Assembly: GCF_050920415.1 (NCBI RefSeq)
Contig: NZ_CP169309.1
DNA from: Escherichia coli
Lineage (GTDB): Bacteria > Pseudomonadota > Gammaproteobacteria > Enterobacterales > Enterobacteriaceae
Strand: one strand, 5' to 3'
Length of the DNA: 64,000 nucleotides
Below, piece after piece: positions 45,066 through 55,898 of this stretch. The notes beneath the pieces are model-generated. The model saw only the letters and a list, made by a program, of their open reading frames with translations, was not told the origin of the DNA and did not search any database. How positions within the stretch are numbered: the first letter of the stretch is position 1; each line of letters begins with the position of its first letter. The translations under genes were made by a program, and so were the position numbers.

Positions 45066-48024
45066 CCTTAATCGCGTCATCGGATGGTCTGGTTTACTGC
45101 TGACGTCTTTATTGAGTACCAGCGCACTCGCAGACAATATCGGCACCAGCGCAGAAGAGCTGGGGCTGAGCGATTATCGCCATTTTGTTATTTATCCCCG
45201 TCTCGATAAGGCGCTGAAGGCACAGAAAAATAACGACGAAGCAACCGCCATCCGCGAATTTGAATATATACACCAGCAGGTGCCGGATAATATTCCGCTG
45301 ACTTTATACCTTGCGGAAGCCTATCGCCATTTTGGTCATGATGACCGGGCGCGGCTGTTGCTTGAGGATCAACTGAAACGTCACCCAGGAGATGCCCGAC
45401 TTGAGCGCAGTCTGGCGGCTATTCCAGTTGAAGTGAAAAGCGTTACGACTGTTGAAGAACTGCTTGCCCAGCAAAAAGCGTGCGACGCTGCGCCGACCCT
45501 GCGTTGTCGCAGTGAAGTCGGGCAGAATGCCCTGCGGCTGGCACAATTACCTGTCGCCAGAGCGCAACTGAACGATGCGACGTTTGCTGCATCGCCGGAA
45601 GGAAAAACGCTGCGAACCGATCTGCTGCAACGGGCAATCTACCTCAAGCAGTGGTCGCTGGCAGAAACGTTGTTCAGTGAATCACGGCAACAAAATACAT
45701 TAAACGCAGCTGAGCGCCGTCAGTGGTTTGATGTTCTGCTCGCAGGCCAGCTGGATGATCGGATCCTGGCGCTGCAATCAGAGGGGATCTTCACCGATCC
45801 ACAGTCGTACATTACTTACGCGACCGCGCTGGCTTATCGTGGCGAAAAAGCACGCCTTCAGCGTTATCTCGCTGAAAATAAGCCGCTGTTTACCACGGAC
45901 GCACAAGAGAAAAGTTGGCTCTATCTGTTATCTAAATACAGCGCCAACCCCGTTCAGGCGTTGGCGAATTATACGGTACAGTTTGCCGATAACCGCCAGT
46001 ATGTTGTTGGCGCGACGCTACCGGTGCTGTTAAAAGAAGGTCAGTACGACGCAGCGCAAAAACTGCTTGCCACCCTCCCCGCCAATGAAATGCTTGAGGA
46101 GCGTTATACCGTTAGCGTGGCGACTCATAACAAGGCTGAAGCTCTGCGTCTGGCACGATTGCTGTATCAGCAAGAACCGGCAAATCTTACCCGCCTGGAT
46201 CAACTGACCTGGCAACTGATGCAGAACGAGCAGTCACGCGAAGCTGCCGATTTATTGCTGCAACGCTATCCTTTCCAGGGCGATGCGCGTGTCAGCCAGA
46301 CTTTAATGGCGCGACTGGCGTCTCTGCTGGAAAGTCATCCTTACCTGGCAACTCCGGCGAAGGTGGCGATTTTATCGAAACCCTTACCGCTGGCGGAGCA
46401 ACGTCAGTGGCAAAGTCAGTTGCCGGGTATTGCAGATAATTGCCCGGCAATAGTTCGCTTGCTGGGCGATATGTCGCCTTCCTACGATGCCGCCGCCTGG
46501 AACCGTCTGGCAAAGTGTTATCGGGACACGCTACCCGGTGTGGCGTTGTATGCATGGCTTCAGGCCGAACAACGGCAACCGAACGCCTGGCAACATCGTG
46601 CGGTAGCCTATCAGGCGTATCAGGTTGAGGATTACGCCACCGCACTGGCGGCCTGGCAGAAAATCAGTCTTCACGACATGAGCAATGAGGATCTGCTTGC
46701 TGCTGCCAATACCGCCCAGGCGGCAGGAAATGGTGCGGCTCGCGATCGCTGGCTTCAGCAGGCAGAACAACGTGGGCTGGGAAACAATGCCCTCTACTGG
46801 TGGCTGCATGCGCAACGTTACATTCCTGGTCAGCCGGAACTCGCACTGAACGATCTCACGCGCTCAATCAATATTGCGCCTTCTGCCAACGCTTACGTTG
46901 CGCGGGCGACAATTTATCGCCAACGTCATAATGTCCCGGCGGCGGTGAGTGATTTGCGCGCCGCTCTGGAACTGGAACCGAATAATAGCAACACCCAGGC
47001 AGCGCTCGGTTACGCCTTGTGGGATAGCGGTGATATCGCACAGTCGCGGGAAATGCTCGAACAGGCGCATAAAGGGCTACCGGACGATCCGGCACTTATC
47101 CGACAACTGGCCTACGTGAACCAGCGTCTGGATGATATGCCTGCGACGCAGCACTACGCCCGGCTGGTGATTGATGACATTGATAATCAGGCGCTGATAA
47201 CCCCACTGACCCCAGAGCAAAATCAGCAACGCTTCAATTTCCGCCGTCTGCATGAGGAGGTCGGTCGCCGCTGGACGTTCAGTTTCGATTCTTCTATCGG
47301 CTTGCGTTCCGGCGCAATGAGTACCGCTAACAATAATGTCGGCGGCGCAGCGCCAGGGAAAAGCTATCGTAGCTACGGGCAACTGGAAGCCGAGTACCGC
47401 ATCGGACGCAATATGCTGCTGGAAGGCGACCTGCTCTCGGTTTACAGCCGTGTATTTGCCGATACCGGAGAAAACGGGGTGATGATGCCGGTGAAAAATC
47501 CGATGTCCGGCACCGGTCTGCGCTGGAAGCCGCTGCGCGATCAGATCTTTTTCCTCGCCGTCGAACAGCAGTTGCCGCTGAACGGGCAAAATGGCGCATC
47601 CGATACCATGCTGCGCGCCAGCGCCTCATTCTTTAATGGCGGCAAATACAGCGACGAATGGCACCCGAACGGTTCAGGCTGGTTTGCCCAAAACCTGTAC
47701 CTCGATGCGGCGCAATATGTCCGCCAGGATATTCAGGCGTGGACGGCAGATTATCGCTTAAGCTGGCATCAGAAGGTGGCGAACGGACAGACTATTGAGC
47801 CTTACGCTCACGTTCAGGACAACGGTTATCGTGATAAAGGCACTCAGGGCGCGCAGCTTGGCGGTGTCGGGGTCCGCTGGAATATCTGGACCGGCGAGAC
47901 GCACTACGACGCCTGGCCGCACAAAGTCAGTCTCGGCGTCGAATATCAACATACCTTTAAGGCGATTAATCAACGTAACGGAGAGCGCAACAACGCGTTT
48001 CTCACCATTGGAGTGCACTGGTAA
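45052..48024 (+). CDS. nfrA: bacteriophage N4 adsorption protein A (outer-membrane NfrA, TPR-rich)
   Basis: ORF frame 45031-48024; recognised start MKENNLNRVIGWSGLLLTSLLSTSALA at 45052; overlaps the nfrB end. Confidence 0.92.
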   Translation: MKENNLNRVIGWSGLLLTSLLSTSALADNIGTSAEELGLSDYRHFVIYPRLDKALKAQKNNDEATAIREFEYIHQQVPDNIPLTLYLAEAYRHFGHDDRARLLLEDQLKRHPGDARLERSLAAIPVEVKSVTTVEELLAQQKACDAAPTLRCRSEVGQNALRLAQLPVARAQLNDATFAASPEGKTLRTDLLQRAIYLKQWSLAETLFSESRQQNTLNAAERRQWFDVLLAGQLDDRILALQSEGIFTDPQSYITYATALAYRGEKARLQRYLAENKPLFTTDAQEKSWLYLLSKYSANPVQALANYTVQFADNRQYVVGATLPVLLKEGQYDAAQKLLATLPANEMLEERYTVSVATHNKAEALRLARLLYQQEPANLTRLDQLTWQLMQNEQSREAADLLLQRYPFQGDARVSQTLMARLASLLESHPYLATPAKVAILSKPLPLAEQRQWQSQLPGIADNCPAIVRLLGDMSPSYDAAAWNRLAKCYRDTLPGVALYAWLQAEQRQPNAWQHRAVAYQAYQVEDYATALAAWQKISLHDMSNEDLLAAANTAQAAGNGAARDRWLQQAEQRGLGNNALYWWLHAQRYIPGQPELALNDLTRSINIAPSANAYVARATIYRQRHNVPAAVSDLRAALELEPNNSNTQAALGYALWDSGDIAQSREMLEQAHKGLPDDPALIRQLAYVNQRLDDMPATQHYARLVIDDIDNQALITPLTPEQNQQRFNFRRLHEEVGRRWTFSFDSSIGLRSGAMSTANNNVGGAAPGKSYRSYGQLEAEYRIGRNMLLEGDLLSVYSRVFADTGENGVMMPVKNPMSGTGLRWKPLRDQIFFLAVEQQLPLNGQNGASDTMLRASASFFNGGKYSDEWHPNGSGWFAQNLYLDAAQYVRQDIQAWTADYRLSWHQKVANGQTIEPYAHVQDNGYRDKGTQGAQLGGVGVRWNIWTGETHYDAWPHKVSLGVEYQHTFKAINQRNGERNNAFLTIGVHW

Positions 48025-48915
48025 ATGCGTAAGTTCATTTTCGTATTGCTGACACTGCTTTTGGTCAGCCCTTTTTCCTTTGCGATGAAAGGTATTATCT
48101 GGCAACCACAAAACCGTGATAGTCAGGTTACCGATACCCAGTGGCAGGGGCTGATGAGTCAGTTACGTTTGCAAGGCTTCGATACCCTGGTTTTGCAATG
48201 GACCCGTTACGGCGATGCATTCACCCAGCCAGAACAGCGCGCATTATTGTTTAAGCGTGCCGCAGCTGCGCAACAGGCTGGCCTGAAGCTGATTGTCGGA
48301 CTGAACGCCGATCCGGAATTTTTTCTGCATCAGAAACAATCATCCGCGGCGCTGGAAAGCTATCTTAATCGCCTGCTGGCAGCCGATCTCCAGCAAGCCA
48401 GATTATGGAGCGCTGCGCCTGGCGTAACGCCGGATGGCTGGTACATCAGCGCGGAAATTGACGACCTGAACTGGCGCAGCGAAGCCGCCCGTCAGCCTTT
48501 GCTAACATGGTTAAACAACGCGCAGCGGTTGATTAGCGATGTTTCGGCAAAACCGGTTTATATCAGTAGTTTTTTCGCCGGAAATATGTCGCCCGATGGC
48601 TATCGCCAACTGCTGGAACACGTTAAAGCAACCGGCGTTAATGTCTGGGTACAGGATGGCAGCGGCGTTGATAAACTCACCGCTGAACAGCGTGAACGTT
48701 ATCTACAGGCCAGCGCCGATTGCCAAAGCTCCGCCCCAGCAAGCGGCATTGTTTATGAACTGTTTGTCGCCGGTAAAGGCAAAACCTTTACAGCGAAACC
48801 GAAACCGGATGCTGAGATCGCCTCGCTGTTAGCGAAACGTTCCTCTTGCGGTAAAGACACGCTCTATTTCTCTCTGCGCTATTTGCCCGTCGCACACGGC
48901 ATTCTCGAGTATTAA
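48025..48915 (+). CDS. ybcH: DUF4434-family protein YbcH
   Basis: 296-aa ORF with signal peptide MRKFIFVLLTLLLVSPFSFA; immediately follows nfrA. Confidence 0.85.
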   Translation: MRKFIFVLLTLLLVSPFSFAMKGIIWQPQNRDSQVTDTQWQGLMSQLRLQGFDTLVLQWTRYGDAFTQPEQRALLFKRAAAAQQAGLKLIVGLNADPEFFLHQKQSSAALESYLNRLLAADLQQARLWSAAPGVTPDGWYISAEIDDLNWRSEAARQPLLTWLNNAQRLISDVSAKPVYISSFFAGNMSPDGYRQLLEHVKATGVNVWVQDGSGVDKLTAEQRERYLQASADCQSSAPASGIVYELFVAGKGKTFTAKPKPDAEIASLLAKRSSCGKDTLYFSLRYLPVAHGILEY

Positions 48916-49097
48916 ATCCCCTCCAGGTAAGTCGGGTACGACCTGACTTACCACTTTCGCTCTCGTCAGAATTCCATCAAGATTAATTGCTAAAAAGCGT
49001 GCTAAAGAAAGAAGATCGTTATCGGCGAACGGGCCGATCACTCATGCAGGAAGCATAGATCCTTTGAGCGGAGTTTCTGATATCTGAGGAGTGCGAA

Positions 49098-49859
49098 ATG
49101 CAATTGAGCAGCAGTGAACCTTGCGTGGTGATCCTGACCGAAAAAGAAGTAGAGGTAAGCGTCAATAACCATGCCACGTTTACCCTTCCGAAAAACTACC
49201 TGGCCGCCTTCGCGTGCAACAATAACGTCATTGAACTCTCAACGTTAAATCACGTATTAATCACCCACATCAACCGTAACATCATCAACGATTATCTGTT
49301 GTTTTTAAATAAGAACTTAACCTGTGTAAAGCCCTGGTCGCGGCTGGCAACCCCGGTTATCGCTTGTCATAGCCGTACACCGGAAGTGTTCCGGCTAGCC
49401 GCCAACCACAGCAAGCAGCAACCCAGCAAACCCTGCGAAGCGGAGTTGACGCGCGCATTGCTTTTTACCGTATTGTCTAACTTTCTTGAGCAATCGCGGT
49501 TTATTGCCCTACTGATGTATATCTTACGCAGCAGCGTCCGCGACAGCGTCTGCCGCATTATTCAAAGCGATATTCAGCATTACTGGAATCTGCGAATTGT
49601 CGCCAGTTCGCTCTGTTTAAGCCCCAGCCTGCTCAAAAAGAAATTAAAAAACGAAAATACCAGCTATAGCCAGATTGTCACAGAGTGTCGTATGCGTTAC
49701 GCCGTACAGATGTTATTGATGGATAACAAAAATATCACTCAGGTAGCGCAATTATGTGGCTATAGCAGCACGTCGTACTTTATCTCTGTTTTTAAGGCGT
49801 TTTACGGCCTGACACCGTTGAATTATCTCGCCAAACAGCGACAAAAAGTGATGTGGTGA
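49098..49859 (+). CDS. envY: AraC-family transcriptional regulator EnvY
   Basis: 253-aa ORF MQLSSSEPCVVILTEKEVEVSVNNHATFTLPKNY; C-terminal AraC helix-turn-helix (ITQVAQLCGYSSTSYFISVFKAFYGLTP). Confidence 0.9.
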   Translation: MQLSSSEPCVVILTEKEVEVSVNNHATFTLPKNYLAAFACNNNVIELSTLNHVLITHINRNIINDYLLFLNKNLTCVKPWSRLATPVIACHSRTPEVFRLAANHSKQQPSKPCEAELTRALLFTVLSNFLEQSRFIALLMYILRSSVRDSVCRIIQSDIQHYWNLRIVASSLCLSPSLLKKKLKNENTSYSQIVTECRMRYAVQMLLMDNKNITQVAQLCGYSSTSYFISVFKAFYGLTPLNYLAKQRQKVMW

Positions 49860-49904
49860 AGGGCAAAGCGGAAACAGATAAGACTGGCATAAATGAAGAA
49901 GAAA

Positions 49905-49949
49905 TGGCGCGCCCTGCAGGATTCGAACCTGCGGCCCACGACTTAGAAG
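49905..49949 (-). pseudogene. pauD: partial tRNA-Arg (argU 3' portion, pauD-like), i.e. prophage attachment-site core
   Basis: Reverse complement cttctaagtcgtgggccgcaggttcgaatcctgcagggcgcgcca matches the anticodon-stem through CCA end of argU tRNA-Arg(UCU); the 5' part of the tRNA is absent. Confidence 0.85.
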
Positions 49950-50371
49950 TTCCTAGAACGACATTTTAAGTCAACAAATTACCGCGCCATCTCTGCGCTC
50001 ACACGTCCCACTACCTCAAAACATGTAAAGCCTTGCAAGCCATTGTGAGGCCTTATGTGTCTCAGTTTTGTCCCTCTTTTTTGTACTAAAAAACATAGCA
50101 ATTGAGGATAAACCTCATGCTATTTTCGCTTATATGCCTTTAAAGGCATGGCGTTTAAATAGATAAAAACACCACAAAAGCATAAAAAACCACACAGTAA
50201 AACCGCAACATAAAACAATAACAGATAATTAAACCAAAAACAGATAGCGCATTGTGATAATCATTCAATACTAAACAAAATATAAACAGTGGAGCAATAT
50301 GTGATTGACTCATTAAGTTAGATATAAAAAATACATATTCAATCATTAAAACGATTGAATGGAGAACTTTT

Positions 50372-51325
50372 ATGCGGGCGAAACTTCTGGGAATAGTTCT
50401 GACAACCCCTATTGCGATCAGCTCTTTTGCTTCTACCGAGACTATATCGTTTACTCCTGACAACATAAATGCGGACATTAGTCTTGGAACTCTGAGCGGA
50501 AAAACAAAAGAGCGCGTTTATCTAGCTGAAGAAGGAGGCCGAAAAGTCAGTCAACTCGACTGGAAATTCAATAACGCTGCAATTATTAAAGGTGCAATTA
50601 ATTGGGATTTGATGCCCCAGATATCTATTGGGGCTGCGGGCTGGACTACTCTCGGCAGCCGAGGTGGCAATATGGTCGATCAGGACTGGATGGATTCCAG
50701 TAACCCCGGAACCTGGACAGATGAAAGTAGGCACCCTGATACACAACTCAATTATGCCAACGAATTTGATCTGAATATCAAAGGCTGGCTCCTCAACGAA
50801 CCCAATTACCGCCTGGGACTCATGGCCGGATATCAGGAAAGCCGTTATAGCTTTACAGCCAGAGGTGGTTCCTATATCTACAGTTCTGAGGAGGGATTCA
50901 GAGATGATATCGGCTCCTTCCCGAATGGAGAAAGAGCAATCGGCTACAAACAACGTTTTAAAATGCCCTACATTGGCTTGACTGGAAGTTATCGTTATGA
51001 AGATTTTGAGCTAGGTGGCACATTTAAATACAGCGGCTGGGTGGAAGCATCTGATAACGATGAGCACTATGACCCAGGAAAAAGAATCACTTATCGCAGT
51101 AAAGTCAAAGACCAAAATTACTATTCTGTTGCAGTCAATGCAGGTTATTACGTAACACCTAACGCAAAAGTTTATGTTGAAGGCGCATGGAATCGGGTTA
51201 CGAATAAAAAAGGTAATACTTCACTTTATGATCACAATGATAACACTTCAGACTACAGCAAAAATGGTGCAGGCATAGAAAACTATAACTTCATCACTAC
51301 TGCTGGTCTTAAGTACACCTTTTAA
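50372..51325 (+). CDS. ompT: outer-membrane protease OmpT (omptin)
   Basis: 317-aa ORF MRAKLLGIVLTTPIAISSFASTETISFTPDNINADISLGTLSGKTKERVYLAEEGGRKVSQLDWKF. Confidence 0.95.
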   Translation: MRAKLLGIVLTTPIAISSFASTETISFTPDNINADISLGTLSGKTKERVYLAEEGGRKVSQLDWKFNNAAIIKGAINWDLMPQISIGAAGWTTLGSRGGNMVDQDWMDSSNPGTWTDESRHPDTQLNYANEFDLNIKGWLLNEPNYRLGLMAGYQESRYSFTARGGSYIYSSEEGFRDDIGSFPNGERAIGYKQRFKMPYIGLTGSYRYEDFELGGTFKYSGWVEASDNDEHYDPGKRITYRSKVKDQNYYSVAVNAGYYVTPNAKVYVEGAWNRVTNKKGNTSLYDHNDNTSDYSKNGAGIENYNFITTAGLKYTF

Positions 51326-51343
51326 CGAAGTTAACCAGATTTT

Positions 51344-51380
51344 CTCCCCGGTGGTATTGTATAACCCCGGGGAATTTGTT
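51344..51380 (+). terminator. putative intrinsic terminator downstream of ompT
   Basis: Stem ctccccgg / ccgggga around a 15-nt loop, followed by atttgttt. Confidence 0.5.
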
Positions 51381-51511
51381 TACAGTTACAAGTAGGCAAT
51401 ATCCACTAATTTTGTAAGCATTTAACCTATGTCATAACGTGTAATCTCTTACCGCAACACAAGACCTCAATATATTCAAATCTTATCTTTATTCCGATAT
51501 TCAGAGACACA

Positions 51512-52996
51512 ATGCGAAAAATAATCACTCATTTCAAAGTTGTTTTAACGTTACTTCTACCAGTAACCGTATCTGCCCAGCAGATACAGTGGCAATCCTG
51601 TATGGCCAGTCAATTCAACCACTGGTTTGGTGAGGAAAAACCGTCTCCTGACTTACTATGTGGTTATTTGTCTGTTCCATTAAAATATACAGACACAGGC
51701 GGAGATGCTTCTTATGAAAAAAAATCACAAGTCAAACTAGCGTTGACAAAATTGCCGGCAAAAAGCAAGCATAAAGGAAGTATCCTGATAATAAGTGGTG
51801 GTCCCGGGTTACCAGGCATAAATCCTTATATTAACTTTGACTGGCCAGTCACAAATCTTCGTGAGTCATGGGATATTATTGGATTTGATCCTCGAGGCGT
51901 CGGACAGTCCACTCCGACAATAAACTGCCGGCAATCAGATACAGAGACTCAGGAAAACATAACCGAAAAGCAACAAGTATTAAATAAAATTAATGCCTGT
52001 ATCCATAATACCGGAGCCGAAGTCATTCGCCATATCGGCTCTAACGAGGCTGTATACGATATTGATCGTATTAGGCAAGCCTTGGGGGATAAACAACTGA
52101 CAGCCGTGGCGTATTCGTATGGAACTCAAATTGCAGCCTTATATGCAGAACGTTTTCCCTACAACGTAAGATCTATCGTTCTTGATGGAGTCGTCGATAT
52201 CGATGACCTGGAGGACAACTTCACATGGCAACTCAAACAGGCACAGAGTTATCAGGAAACGTTTGATCGCTTTGCATCCTGGTGTGCGCGTACAAAAAGT
52301 TGCCCGCTTTCTTCAGACAGAGATAAGGCAATAACTCAGTTCCATGAGCTATTATCAAAATTACATCACAAACCTTTATTAGACAGTAAGGGAGAAAATA
52401 TATCTTCAGATGAACTCATATCATTAACAACAGACCTTCTGCTATGGCGTTCATCATGGCCAACCCTTGCAACTGCCATACGCCAGTTCTCTCAGGGGAT
52501 TGTCAGTAATGAAATTGAAACTGCGCTCAGTGCTCCGATAGCCTCAGAAGAGTCAAGCGATGCTTCGGGGGTAATCCTCTGTGTAGATCAGGGGGATGAG
52601 CAATTAACACCAGAAGAGCGAAAATCCCGAAAAGACGCTCTTGCGAATGCCTTCCCGGCTATTAACTTTGACAATGGACGTTCCGATTCACCTGATTTTT
52701 GTGAATTATGGCCAATACATAGCGACCTGAACAAAACTCGCCTGAAAAATACTGTTCTGCCCTCTGGTTTACTGTTTGTAGCACACAAATACGACCCAAC
52801 AACGCCCTGGATTAATGCCCGTAAGATGGCAGAGAAATTTTCCAGCCCGTTACTAACAATAAATGGTGATGGGCATACATTAGCTCTCACCGGAGTTAAT
52901 TTATGTGTAGATAAAGCAGTTGTACATTACCTGATCACTCCACAAAAAATAGAAAATATATACTGCCCAGGAAATTCTGAAGCAGAAATACAATAA
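51512..52996 (+). CDS. secreted alpha/beta-hydrolase, probable S33/TAP-like serine peptidase (prophage cargo)
   Basis: 494-aa ORF with signal peptide MRKIITHFKVVLTLLLPVTVSAQQ; oxyanion-hole-like GGPG, nucleophile-elbow AYSYGT, C-terminal GDGHT; family assignment by motif only. Confidence 0.6.
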   Translation: MRKIITHFKVVLTLLLPVTVSAQQIQWQSCMASQFNHWFGEEKPSPDLLCGYLSVPLKYTDTGGDASYEKKSQVKLALTKLPAKSKHKGSILIISGGPGLPGINPYINFDWPVTNLRESWDIIGFDPRGVGQSTPTINCRQSDTETQENITEKQQVLNKINACIHNTGAEVIRHIGSNEAVYDIDRIRQALGDKQLTAVAYSYGTQIAALYAERFPYNVRSIVLDGVVDIDDLEDNFTWQLKQAQSYQETFDRFASWCARTKSCPLSSDRDKAITQFHELLSKLHHKPLLDSKGENISSDELISLTTDLLLWRSSWPTLATAIRQFSQGIVSNEIETALSAPIASEESSDASGVILCVDQGDEQLTPEERKSRKDALANAFPAINFDNGRSDSPDFCELWPIHSDLNKTRLKNTVLPSGLLFVAHKYDPTTPWINARKMAEKFSSPLLTINGDGHTLALTGVNLCVDKAVVHYLITPQKIENIYCPGNSEAEIQ

Positions 52997-53179
52997 TTTC
53001 AAAATATTCCGCTATTTGCTCCCAATGCAAAACATATATTGCATTGGGAGCATATTCATATTTTTGTTATTATTGTATGAAATCGTCTCATGTACACGGT
53101 CCTTTTTTCGCCGAAAACTGATATTACTTTAATCAAAAGTTGACGTGCCAGATTCGAAGTAAATTTATAAAATATCAAA

Positions 53180-53485
53180 TCAATATACATTTTGCACCTT
53201 CGAGATAGTAATGACTGTTACTGTAACATGAGTTACAAACAGCTTCATACCCAGAGCTACTGATGTATCAACTCGATTCAACAATACCCGATATTTATTC
53301 CATGCCTCCAGCAACGATCTTTCTTCCTCCGTTGCGATTTCCAGATCTACAGCATCCTGCAGTGGCGCAATATACTCACTGAATTCCTGGATGTAGAACT
53401 GTGTGGTGACGGTCTTCCAGCCATTCGGCTCCTGCTGTATCGAAGCATACCAGGCTATTTCAATATCGCTATGCTGCGGCAGCAT
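53180..53485 (-). pseudogene. tail fibre assembly protein remnant (tfaX-like, C-terminal part only)
   Basis: Contains [38 protein letters not shown], near-identical to the C-terminus of the intact Tfa at 55996-56571; N-terminal part replaced by unrelated sequence. Confidence 0.7.
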
Positions 53486-53541
53486 TTAACCCCTTGTAAT
53501 TCATCGCCATAATTGATTTAATTCACAAATAAAACTATAAC

Positions 53542-54210
53542 ATGGTGAAATTAATGAAAAAAAACACAGATGATGGGGCTAAAATTTACACACCACTTAC
53601 CCTAAAGCTTTATGACTGGTGGGTTTTGGGAGTATCAAATCGGCTTGCATGGGGATGTCCTACAAAGGAACACCTTCTTCCACACTTTCTGGAACATTTA
53701 GGTAACAACCATCTGGATATTGGTGTTGGAACTGGGTTTTACCTTACTCACGTACCTGAGAGTAGTCTGATATCTTTAATGGATTTGAACGAAGCTAGCC
53801 TGAACGCGGCATCTACAAGGGCTGGGGAATCAAAAATTAAACATAAAATTAACCATGATGTTTTTGAACCTTATCCCGCGGCGTTACATGGTCAATTTGA
53901 TTCCATTTCCATGTTTTACCTTCTTCACTGCCTGCCTGGAAATATATCTACAAAAAGCTGTGTAATACGCAATGCGGCGCAGGCCTTAACTGACGATGGA
54001 ACTCTATACGGAGCCACAATTCTTGGCGATGGAGTTGTGCACAATAGCTTCGGTCAAAAACTGATGCGCATTTACAATCAGAAAGGCATCTTTTCAAACA
54101 CAAAAGATTCCGAAGAAGGCTTAACACATATACTCTCAGAGCATTTCGAGAATGTTAAAACCAAGGTTCAAGGTACTGTAGTAATGTTTTCCGCTTCAGG
54201 GAAAAAATAG
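53542..54210 (+). CDS. class I SAM-dependent methyltransferase (YbcY-like, apparently intact)
   Basis: 222-aa ORF with SAM-binding motif I LDIGVGTGFYL; start may be the internal MKKNT. Confidence 0.65.
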   Translation: MVKLMKKNTDDGAKIYTPLTLKLYDWWVLGVSNRLAWGCPTKEHLLPHFLEHLGNNHLDIGVGTGFYLTHVPESSLISLMDLNEASLNAASTRAGESKIKHKINHDVFEPYPAALHGQFDSISMFYLLHCLPGNISTKSCVIRNAAQALTDDGTLYGATILGDGVVHNSFGQKLMRIYNQKGIFSNTKDSEEGLTHILSEHFENVKTKVQGTVVMFSASGKK

Positions 54211-54575
54211 CATCCAACCGCAGCACGTTCTTGCATAAGGCGTGTCTGCGGTTTTTCAACTATTCAGATACATCACTCCCATCACATTCATTCCTCCGCA
54301 TCATAGGCATATAGGCTATATCACCTTGATATTTTTCTTCTTCAGATAAAAACTGTTATCTATGTATACTTTTAAACCCAATCCGTGTAGAGTCTCTGCA
54401 TAAGATAGTTTGCAGTTGCCACTTCAGCTTGCGCCATAAACCGCCTGATTTTTGCCGCCACCTGTTAGCATTCCTGTATACCTGAAACGACAATGTTTAT
54501 CTACGAACTTTAAGAACACCCAGGATAAAAATTGTCAACTATATCATATATAACACATTACTAATTCGAGGCTAT

Positions 54576-54689
54576 ATGAACAGCATACTGATAATCACTT
54601 CTCTCCTTATCATATTCAGCATTTTTAGTCATGCCCTAATAAAATTAGGGATTGGCATATCCAATAACCCAGACAAAACCGATGTATAA
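54576..54689 (+). CDS. candidate 37-aa hydrophobic small protein ([37 protein letters not shown])
   Basis: Short ORF below the track cut-off, read directly from the sequence; GAGG 4 nt upstream of the ATG; one predicted transmembrane helix; AT-rich cargo region. Confidence 0.25.
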
Positions 54690-54757
54690 GTCAACATATC
54701 CTGAATCAGACATACAATATCGCAATGAAAATCAATAATATTTTAAGGAATATCTTC

Positions 54758-54991
54758 ATGAAATCAAAAGACACCCTAAAGTGGTTCCCTGCGCAGCTTC
54801 CTGAAGTAAGAATTATCCTAGGGGATGCTGTAGTGGAAGTAGCAAAACAGGGAAGACCTATCAATACCAGAACATTGCTTGATTACATTGAAGGAAACAT
54901 AAAGAAAAAATCATGGCTGGATAACAAAGAATTATTACAAACAGCGATATCAGTTCTTAAAGACAACCAAAATTTAAATGGTAAAATGTAA
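54758..54991 (+). CDS. hypothetical small protein
   Basis: In-frame ATG at 54758 inside the 54725-54991 ORF with aagga Shine-Dalgarno about 8 nt upstream; 77 aa MKSKDTLKWFPAQLPEVRIILGDAVVEV. Confidence 0.4.
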   Translation: MKSKDTLKWFPAQLPEVRIILGDAVVEVAKQGRPINTRTLLDYIEGNIKKKSWLDNKELLQTAISVLKDNQNLNGKM

Positions 54992-55307
54992 TATAATAAA
55001 CTTACTTTTTTATCATTTTTCCACTTTAACAACATTTTGCTCCACTTTTCCACGATCAAACAACTTGAAATCTGGTTAAAATAACACGCAACACTATTCT
55101 TCTTCCTTGAGTCCGCCCGGAACTCGAAAAACAAACCGAGTTAAAGCCATTTTTCACAAAATCGATTTTGGGTCTCACCAAAATTACGGGGTTGCATACG
55201 CATTCGTTTATTTTCGAACGTGTACATACAAATATGCACAAAAATAATCAAAATTATTTTCTGAGATGCATTATGATATGAACACCAATTTCGTATAGAG
55301 TCTCACT

Positions 55308-55898
55308 ATGTCTCGAATTTTTGCTTACTGTCGGATATCAACGCTGGATCAGACCATCGAAAATCAACGCCGGGAAATCGAAAGTGCAGGTTTTAAAATC
55401 AAACCTCAGCAAATAATCGAAGAACACATTAGCGGCTCAGCAGCAACCAGTGAGCGTCCTGGTTTTAACCGGTTGCTTGCTCGCCTGAAATGTGGTGATC
55501 AATTGATTGTGACAAAACTGGATCGCCTTGGTTGTAATGCAATGGATATCAGGAAAACAGTGGAACAACTGACCGAAACAGGTATCAGAGTGCATTGCTT
55601 AGCATTGGGGGGCATTGACCTGACCAGTCCAACAGGAAAAATGATGATGCACGTAATTTCAGCAGTCGCTGAATTTGAACGAGACCTTTTACTTGAACGC
55701 ACTCATTCCGGGATAGTAAGAGCCCGCGGCGCAGGGAAACGTTTTGGTCGACCACCTGTGTTAAATGAAGAACAGAAACAGGTGGTATTCGAACGAATTA
55801 AGTCAGGTGTAAGTATAAGTGCCATTGCCCGGGAATTCAAAACCTCGCGGCAAACCATTTTAAGAGCCAAAGCAAAACTTCAGACACCTGACATATAA
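55308..55898 (+). CDS. serine recombinase (resolvase/invertase family, Pin/Hin-sized)
   Basis: 196-aa [32 protein letters not shown] with catalytic Ser in YCRISTLDQ and C-terminal helix-turn-helix ([18 protein letters not shown]). Confidence 0.8.
   Translation: MSRIFAYCRISTLDQTIENQRREIESAGFKIKPQQIIEEHISGSAATSERPGFNRLLARLKCGDQLIVTKLDRLGCNAMDIRKTVEQLTETGIRVHCLALGGIDLTSPTGKMMMHVISAVAEFERDLLLERTHSGIVRARGAGKRFGRPPVLNEEQKQVVFERIKSGVSISAIAREFKTSRQTILRAKAKLQTPDI

Noticed and set aside
49905-49949. Complete tRNA gene
   Set aside because: Only the 3' 45 nt of tRNA-Arg (argU) is present; the D-arm and anticodon-stem 5' half are missing, so this is an att-site remnant, not a functional tRNA. No rRNA genes were seen.
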